From Thermodesulfovibrionia bacterium (GTDB lineage: Bacteria; Nitrospirota; Thermodesulfovibrionia; Thermodesulfovibrionales; SM23-35): 64,000 nucleotides of DNA. Of the stretch, positions 58,095 through 64,000 are shown in pieces. The notes under the pieces are model-generated. The model made no database searches. It was not told the DNA's origin and saw only the letters and a list, made by a program, of their open reading frames with translations. The translations under genes and the position numbers were made by a program. Within the stretch, counting starts at the first letter, position 1; every line of letters starts with the position of its first letter. The stretch lies in the NCBI GenBank assembly GCA_041500225.1, contig JBGQLV010000006.1:8271-72270 (forward strand). The letters are read 5' to 3'.

Positions 58095-58706
58095 TTAGGT
58101 CAAATAATCTTTGCCGTTAAATCTAGATATAATGGTTGGTTTTTTTGAGACAACTGAGTCGGCTATCATCCTACCAATCTCAGGATAATCAGTTTTTAAG
58201 ATATCTCTATATTTTCTCATGGATATGTTGCTGCGATTGGCTGGAGGTGCATTGTACATTCCTTTTAGAAATTCGCTTTCAAGCTCCACATCTGACAAAT
58301 TTCTTATTCTTTCTAGTTCAGCTTTAAAAGATTCGCGCATTTTAGATATACTGAGCAGGTAATCTATTTCCTCTCTAATCCATCGTGCTATGTCTGTCAT
58401 CATATGGAAAGCGCCCTCGAGATTAACGACAAAGGGTGTAAAATCTTTCTCCTGGCCTACTTTTTCTAATATTTCATTTCTTTTTAAAACCGTTAATACC
58501 TTGGCAAGGTCATTCTCTTTGGTGAACGGCAATGTTTCTGCTTCGGCAATTGTACCTGTCTTGTATTCGAGAAAGGGTATCTTTATTTTTACTTCGCCTC
58601 TGTTAATATCTTCTCTTAATTTTGTTAACGTCGTCAAATTACTGTTTATAACAATCTTAAGCATTTTTTCGTCAGTCCACACTGGTACCCATTTTATATC
58701 TGTCAT
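58095..58706 (-). CDS. hypothetical protein (203 aa)
   Basis: Clean ORF with an ATG start. No motif recognised. Lies between two attC-like sites. Confidence 0.5.
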   Translation of the reverse strand: MTDIKWVPVWTDEKMLKIVINSNLTTLTKLREDINRGEVKIKIPFLEYKTGTIAEAETLPFTKENDLAKVLTVLKRNEILEKVGQEKDFTPFVVNLEGAFHMMTDIARWIREEIDYLLSISKMRESFKAELERIRNLSDVELESEFLKGMYNAPPANRSNISMRKYRDILKTDYPEIGRMIADSVVSKKPTIISRFNGKDYLT

Positions 58707-58849
58707 CTTGCGAACCTCATATTAGAGCTTTCAAAACAGGGTTACAGGGTCAGGCTTGCTTATTGTCATTTGAATTCCAACAGAGGACAAAAAAAGGTAC
58801 AGGCTACTTTTTCTCATCCCTGTCCGTCCTTTTCGACCTTCCTCATTTC

Positions 58850-58941
58850 CGACAACATTTAAGCTTCTTTCTGAAGTCATATGATCAGAAGACGTGGGAG
58901 TATTGCGGAGAGGCGAGATTTCTGAAAGAAGCGAGTTGAAC
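58850..58941 (-). other. attC-like site downstream of vapBC
   Basis: Minus strand: GTTCAAC-TC-GCTTCTTTCAGAA ... TTCAGAAAGAAGC-TTAAAT-GTTGTCG. 13-bp stem with one mismatch. R'' begins 11 nt after the vapC stop. Confidence 0.55.
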
Positions 58942-58952
58942 GAAGCCGCTCT

Positions 58953-59354
58953 CTATTTTTTCTCATACAATTTTCTTAGTCCTTCATCAAATGTAAATAA
59001 AATTTTATTGTAACTTTTAGCTTTAGTGCATAATATACAATCAACAATATCTATATTTTTGTTAGAAAAAATATTCATTGCTTCAATAAGTTCTTTTTTA
59101 TCCTCATTTATAATTCCCTTATATTGCAAGAACCCTTTCAGCTTATCAACTGCCACCTCTTTTGGAACTTTATAAAACTTCGTCAGCATATATATACATT
59201 CCACAAGAACGCTCTCGAGGATAAGGGCTTTTTCTTCGCCTAAACGGACCTTTTCGAAAAATTCACTTGCTTTTTGGTAAAGCTGAGGCTCATCTTCCAG
59301 CAAATACCTGAGTATTACATTTGTATCAGGTAGTTTTTTTGCTGACTCTATCAC
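58953..59354 (-). CDS. vapC: PIN-domain toxin VapC
   Basis: LPDTNVILRYLLED near the N-terminus, with later acidic residues (ESVLVE, DIVDCIL). I prefer the GTG at 59354, which overlaps vapB by 29 nt, over the ORF-track start at 59420. Confidence 0.65.
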   Translation of the reverse strand: MIESAKKLPDTNVILRYLLEDEPQLYQKASEFFEKVRLGEEKALILESVLVECIYMLTKFYKVPKEVAVDKLKGFLQYKGIINEDKKELIEAMNIFSNKNIDIVDCILCTKAKSYNKILFTFDEGLRKLYEKK

Positions 59355-59568
59355 GTACCGCTCTCTCCCATACCTTGTCTCTAATATATCCCAGTGGAAC
59401 ATATTTTTTAGCATAACCATGTAAAGAACCAGCGACGGTTTTTACAGGTTTTACTACTATATTGCCGTCCGTCAACTCAAACTGCACTATATCGCTTCCT
59501 AATAAATCTCTTATTTCTTTTGGAATTGTTACCTGCCCCTTTCTGGTAATCTTAACCGCTGTCGGCAT
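59326..59568 (-). CDS. vapB: AbrB/SpoVT-family antitoxin VapB
   Basis: KITRKGQVTIPKEIRDLLG is the SpoVT/AbrB swapped-hairpin signature. RBS AAGGAG. Confidence 0.75.
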   Translation of the reverse strand: MPTAVKITRKGQVTIPKEIRDLLGSDIVQFELTDGNIVVKPVKTVAGSLHGYAKKYVPLGYIRDKVWERAVRDRVSKKTT

Positions 59569-59699
59569 ATTTTTATCTCCTTACTATTTATAATATGCAT
59601 TACTTTCATTAATAGTAATACCAAAGTAATAAACTTGTCAAGTCAGTAAAGTTTCCCATGTTTCGTTACAATTTTTAAAGCTGGTTTTAGAAACTCCGG

Positions 59700-60146
59700 C
59701 TATCTTTTAAAATCCAGTAATTCCTTTTCTTTTGCTCTCATTTTAACTTTATGATATCTGCTTTTTTCATGGTCATAATCTATAAGATGAAGGAGTCCGT
59801 GGATAAGGAGCTTTTTCAGTTCTTCATTGAATGTAAGGCCATACTGTGATGCCTGTCTTTTAGCCTGATGAAGATTGATTATTATATCACCCAAAACAAA
59901 TTGCCGAGAGCTGAGAGCTGGGAGCTGAGAGCTATATTCTATTTGCGGGAATGAGAGGACATCTGTAGTCTTATCCACACCCCTGTACTGACGGTTCAGT
60001 ATCCTCATTCTCCTGTCATTTACAAAAAGGATACTGAGTTCAGCCTTGTGGAGGCCGAGCAGACGGAGTGTCTTCTTTGAAAGGCTTCTTATTCTCTGTT
60101 GATTTACCTTTATGAGTCTTTGCTGGTTCTTTATATAGACCTTCAT
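59700..60146 (-). CDS. ybeY: rRNA maturation endoribonuclease YbeY
   Basis: Zinc motif HGLLHLIDYDHE, and VLSFP upstream. Confidence 0.85.
   Translation of the reverse strand: MKVYIKNQQRLIKVNQQRIRSLSKKTLRLLGLHKAELSILFVNDRRMRILNRQYRGVDKTTDVLSFPQIEYSSQLPALSSRQFVLGDIIINLHQAKRQASQYGLTFNEELKKLLIHGLLHLIDYDHEKSRYHKVKMRAKEKELLDFKR
59906..59933 (-). repeat. heptanucleotide tandem repeat (AGCTCTC x4 on the coding strand) inside ybeY
   Basis: Plus strand GAGAGCT GAGAGCT GGGAGCT GAGAGCT. Translated in frame as SSQLPALSS, in the loop between VLSFP and LGDI. Confidence 0.95.
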
Positions 60147-61644
60147 CTGTAAAATCGAATCCTGGATAATCTATCCTTCTATGAAATATGCTTGTTAGTA
60201 CGTGAGAGAAACGCTTCTTTATCTCATAGATATCTTTCAGTGTAAGCTCGCATTCATCGAGCTGACCGTCAAGGAATACATGGTTTATTATCCTGTCGAC
60301 CAATGATGTAATTCTTGCCGGTGTTGGATCTGTAAGAACCCTTGATGCAGCTTCGACCACATCTGCCATCATCACAAGTGCTGCCACGCGTGTCTGTGGT
60401 TTTGGGGCATGATATTTATAGTCTTCCTCAACTGGTGTGACATCCTCTTTCTGCTCTTTTGCCTTTTGATAAAAATAACTGACCAGCATGTTACCATGAT
60501 GCTGCTCTATGATATCAATAATCGGCTCCGGAAGCTTACCCTGCCTGGCAAGTTCAACACCCTCCTTGACGTGGTTGATGATTATCATGCTGCTCATGTG
60601 CGGGGTTAGTTTGTCGTGTTTACTGACTGAACCACTCTGGTTCTCAATAAAATATTCCGGCATCTTAATTTTACCGATATCATGGTAATATGCACTTACC
60701 CTCGCAAGCAAAGGGTTTGCGCCGACTGCTTCAGCAGCAGATTCCACAAGGTTTCCGACAATAACACTGTGATGATATGTGCCCGGTGCTGTGACCATAA
60801 GGGTTTTCATTATTGGCTGATCGAGATCAAGCAGTTCGAGCAAGCTTATGTCAGTGGTGACCTTGAATAAATATTCAAGAATGGGAAGCAAAATGGAAAC
60901 AATTGCAGTAACGCCAATGCCTCCAAGCGCGGCAAACATTATTGAGGGTGGTGCCTTAGCTGTGAAAAGCTCGTTTTTAAACAGGAGTATTATTATTACA
61001 GTTAAGACATTTACTGCAATTACATAGCTCCCTCCTTTGAGGAGAGAAGACCTCTTTTTGCACCTTATAACACTGAAGGCTGCTGTAATGCTTCCAACAA
61101 AGGCATAAATGGTAAAGGATGCATCATGAAGCCAGAGCCCGGTGAGGAGACTGACCATGAAGGAAAAAGTAATTGCAGTATGAAAATCAAAGAGGAGTGA
61201 TACAAGCATTGCCCCAGCCGGGATGGGAATCCCGAACAAAGCACTATCTAAGGCTTTGAGCTCCAGACCCTTGGAGAGGCTGTGCAGTAAATAACCGAAT
61301 AGCCTGCCTATCAGGAGGGTGCTTATAAGCATCATGCCGAGAAGTAATAACATATTGTATTTCTTAATATAGGCAGGTTTATATCTCATTATATCTCTGT
61401 AAAGTATAAACAGCAGGAGGCAGGTGATAAAGAAACCACCAATCAATTGTTCTATACTAAATTTTTCCTGTAATGACAGGGCAGCTATGAATCCGGCTGT
61501 GACAATTAAAGATGTCCTTATGATCTGATCATGTTTACTATAGCGGATGGGGGCATCTTTTACTTTTGAAGGAGTCACTTCAAACATTGTCCTGAAAAAG
61601 TCGATAATCCTTCGGGTTTTATTCTTCTGCAGACCGTTTTTCAT
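60040..61644 (-). CDS. 7TM-HD phosphohydrolase (PgpH/YqfF-like)
   Basis: Seven-TM region followed by an HD domain (GTYHHS, AYYHDIGK). Sits in the conserved phoH-yqfF-ybeY context. The 3' end overlaps ybeY by 107 nt. Confidence 0.8.
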   Translation of the reverse strand: MKNGLQKNKTRRIIDFFRTMFEVTPSKVKDAPIRYSKHDQIIRTSLIVTAGFIAALSLQEKFSIEQLIGGFFITCLLLFILYRDIMRYKPAYIKKYNMLLLLGMMLISTLLIGRLFGYLLHSLSKGLELKALDSALFGIPIPAGAMLVSLLFDFHTAITFSFMVSLLTGLWLHDASFTIYAFVGSITAAFSVIRCKKRSSLLKGGSYVIAVNVLTVIIILLFKNELFTAKAPPSIMFAALGGIGVTAIVSILLPILEYLFKVTTDISLLELLDLDQPIMKTLMVTAPGTYHHSVIVGNLVESAAEAVGANPLLARVSAYYHDIGKIKMPEYFIENQSGSVSKHDKLTPHMSSMIIINHVKEGVELARQGKLPEPIIDIIEQHHGNMLVSYFYQKAKEQKEDVTPVEEDYKYHAPKPQTRVAALVMMADVVEAASRVLTDPTPARITSLVDRIINHVFLDGQLDECELTLKDIYEIKKRFSHVLTSIFHRRIDYPGFDFTDEGLYKEPAKTHKGKSTENKKPFKEDTPSARPPQG

Positions 61645-62509
61645 ATCTTTCGTATGCTTTTACAATCTCCTGGACAAGTTTGTGCCTTACCACATCTTTT
61701 TCAGAGAAATATATAAATTTAATACCTTCAATATCACTCAGTATCCTCTCAGCCTCTATAAGGCCTGAAGTCTTTCCTGAGGGAAGGTCTATCTGAGTTA
61801 TGTCTCCTGTAATAACGGTCTTTGAATTAAATCCGAGTCTTGTAAGGTACATCTTCATCTGCTCAGAAGTTGTGTTCTGAGCCTCGTCAAGAATTACGAA
61901 CGAATCATTAAGGGTTCTGCCCCTCATGAATGCAAGCGGTGCTATCTCAATAATTCCACGCTCTACAAGTTTGCCTGCTTTTTCTGCTTCCATCATATCT
62001 AAGAGTGCGTCATACAATGGTCTCAGATAAGGGTTAAATTTCTCGTATATGTCGCCAGGCAGAAAACCAAGTTTTTCTCCTGCTTCTACAGCAGGCCTTG
62101 CAAGAACGATCCTGCTTACCTGTTTTTTGAGAAATGCATTTATGGCCATTGCCATTGCAAGATAGGTTTTCCCTGTACCTGCAGGTCCTATACCGATGAC
62201 TATATCGAAATTTTTTATAGCATCTATATATCTTCTCTGGGTCTCTGTTTTTGGTATGATGAATCTTTTTTTTGAAGATACAGGGATGTTATTCAAGAAT
62301 AGGTCTTTCACTGAAGTATATTCCCCTTCCGATGTAGTAGACCTCAAAGCATAACGTATGTCTTCAGGGTTGAGATTGTATCCGCTTAAGTTTATTGATC
62401 GAATATCCTGGATAAGTCTTTCTGCCTTTTCTACAGATTTATCAACACCCTGCAAAAAAATCTTATTTCCTCTTTGAGAGGCTATAATACCAAGTGTTTC
62501 CTCTATCAC
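61619..62509 (-). CDS. phoH: PhoH-family ATPase
   Basis: Walker A GPAGTGKTYLAM and Walker B ILDEAQN. The GTG at 62509 is the first canonical start, but conserved N-terminal residues are encoded further upstream (see the findings). Confidence 0.85.
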   Translation of the reverse strand: MIEETLGIIASQRGNKIFLQGVDKSVEKAERLIQDIRSINLSGYNLNPEDIRYALRSTTSEGEYTSVKDLFLNNIPVSSKKRFIIPKTETQRRYIDAIKNFDIVIGIGPAGTGKTYLAMAMAINAFLKKQVSRIVLARPAVEAGEKLGFLPGDIYEKFNPYLRPLYDALLDMMEAEKAGKLVERGIIEIAPLAFMRGRTLNDSFVILDEAQNTTSEQMKMYLTRLGFNSKTVITGDITQIDLPSGKTSGLIEAERILSDIEGIKFIYFSEKDVVRHKLVQEIVKAYERYEKRSAEE

Positions 62510-62580
62510 CTTAAGGTTTTTGTCAAGCCCTCCATAAAGAAGGTTAGATTCTTTTTCACTGTCAAGTTCGATCTCTAAGG

Positions 62581-63198
62581 TTAACGTAAGTCCTCCTGGT
62601 CTGTCTTAAACGTTACGAATGTTTTCAGACCCTCAGCCTTTTTTATTTTGATAGATAGTACCTCAGCCTCTTTTCTGGTAACGAAATCGCCTACCATCAC
62701 CTTATAGAGTTTTTTATGTGTTTTTGTTTCAGTTGGGGCTATATATGTCTTATATCCTTTTTTATCAAGCCTTGACTTAAGGGCATTTGCATCAGAAACA
62801 TCCTTGAATGCACCTGTCTGAACTGTGTATCTTTTTGTTTTTAGAGTTTTTTTAGTTTCTTTGGTTTCTGTGGTCTGTTTAGTTTCTTTAGTTATTTGAG
62901 TTTTTTTGGTTTCTTGAGCTTGTTGGGCCTTTACGGTTTGTTGAGTTTCTTGCGGTTTTTGGGTTTGCTCTGGTTGCCGGACTAATGCCTCTTTTTTCTC
63001 AGATTCTATATTTTTCTGTTCAGCACTTTCCTGTACAGGTATAACAGTTGTCTGATTTACAACAGGAGGTTGGAAGCTTTTACCAACAAAATAACCGAGT
63101 GTAAAACTAAGTGAGGATGTAATGAGTATAGCTATAATAACGGTCCATTTGCCAATATAAAATACGGATGACATTTCTTTAATTTCAGTTCTTTTCAT
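62581..63198 (-). CDS. SPOR-domain protein
   Basis: TM anchor, a repetitive Q/T/K/E linker, and a C-terminal SPOR domain (YTVQTGAFKDVSDANAL ... YKVMVGDF). Confidence 0.7.
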   Translation of the reverse strand: MKRTEIKEMSSVFYIGKWTVIIAILITSSLSFTLGYFVGKSFQPPVVNQTTVIPVQESAEQKNIESEKKEALVRQPEQTQKPQETQQTVKAQQAQETKKTQITKETKQTTETKETKKTLKTKRYTVQTGAFKDVSDANALKSRLDKKGYKTYIAPTETKTHKKLYKVMVGDFVTRKEAEVLSIKIKKAEGLKTFVTFKTDQEDLR

Positions 63199-64000
63199 AA
63201 AATAAGCATAGCATCACCATATGAGAGAAATCTATACCCTTCGGCGATAGCTTCCTTATAAGCCTTAATCAAATTTTCCCAACCGCACATAGCAGAGGCT
63301 AACATGAGAGGAGTAGACCTGGGAAGGTGAAAATTTGTGACTAGGGAATCAATAATCCTGAAATTATATCCAGGGTAGATAAATAAGTCTGTTGTTCCTT
63401 TTAATCTCCCATTTTGAGAAAATACATTGCAATTGCTGCTCATATACCCCTCTATTGCCCTTGTTGTAGTTGTTCCTACAGAAATAACTCTTTTACCGGA
63501 GGCTTTAACCTCTTTAATTTCAGAAATAAGTTCGTTGTCTATTTCAAAATACTCAATGCCCATAGAATGTTCTTCAACGTTTTTGGTTCTAATGGGGCTG
63601 AATGTGCCAATGCCTACATGCAGTGTCAGTTCTCTTAGTAATATACCCTTTGAGGTGATCTTATTTAGCAATCTAGTTGTAAAGTGAAGGCCTGCTGTAG
63701 GAGCTGCTATGGAGCCTTCCTTCTTTGCATATATAGTCTGGTAGGTTTCTTTATCTGATTCATCAGGAGAACGTTTTATATAAGGTGGAAGTGGCATGTT
63801 ACCGTATTTCCAGATGATATCCATGAAATCCCCGGAATATTTGAAATATGCAGTATCCCCATTATGAAGCTCTAACTGTAATCCCTCTGAAATCTTCAGT
63901 GTTCCTGTGAACCTTCCTTTTGAAAGTACCTCCCATGCATTACCCTCTTTCTTTCTTACAAGCAGGATTTCTAACCTGCCCCCGCTTTTTTTAAGTCCGG
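63195..64000 (-). CDS. queA: S-adenosylmethionine:tRNA ribosyltransferase-isomerase, 5' end outside the window
   Basis: MPLPPYIKR, TAGLHFT, VGIGTF and GTTTTRA. The frame stays open upstream of the ORF-track ATG (63824) to the window edge (..RLEILLVRKKEGNAWEVL..). Confidence 0.9.
   Translation of the reverse strand, partial: GLKKSGGRLEILLVRKKEGNAWEVLSKGRFTGTLKISEGLQLELHNGDTAYFKYSGDFMDIIWKYGNMPLPPYIKRSPDESDKETYQTIYAKKEGSIAAPTAGLHFTTRLLNKITSKGILLRELTLHVGIGTFSPIRTKNVEEHSMGIEYFEIDNELISEIKEVKASGKRVISVGTTTTRAIEGYMSSNCNVFSQNGRLKGTTDLFIYPGYNFRIIDSLVTNFHLPRSTPLMLASAMCGWENLIKAYKEAIAEGYRFLSYGDAMLIL

Overview
A 64-kb stretch of an AT-rich bacterial chromosome; I cannot assign a taxon from the sequence alone. 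Most of it is housekeeping genes on both strands: fabF, galT-glgA, moeA, scpB, proB, mutS, rarA, queE, ilvC-psd-pssA-leuA, phoH-pgpH-ybeY and queA. There are two dense blocks of signal-transduction genes (11.7-14.5 kb and 18.4-23.0 kb) and one tRNA-Leu(UAG). I saw no rRNA and no CRISPR array. The accessory content falls into five groups. (1) 38.3-44.3 kb holds what reads as a complete integron. It has an integron-type tyrosine recombinase with the IntI-specific insertion. To its left is an array of oppositely oriented cassettes, and I could delimit three attC sites by hand. Three cassettes obey the rule that the first six bases complement the cassette's own R'' box. (2) 56.8-59.6 kb is a toxin-antitoxin islet between alkD-like and ybeY, with two further attC-like palindromes. 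(3) An IS200/RAYT-like Y1 transposase gene is bracketed by perfect 14-bp inverted repeats. A gene-less hairpin copy of the same repeats sits inside the integron array. (4) Several short repeat families occur: a GTCATTCC...GGAATGAC double-hairpin element (four copies), an 80-100 nt element in the leaders of proB and a small sulfite-reductase-like gene, and heptanucleotide tandem repeats that lie in frame inside fabF and ybeY. (5) A 1384-aa protein joins a large unknown N-terminal region to the ATP-grasp and phospho-histidine domains of pyruvate phosphate dikinase but lacks the PEP/pyruvate domain. It appears co-transcribed with a long-form GAPDH. All family names are motif recognition from memory, and no database search or computation was possible.
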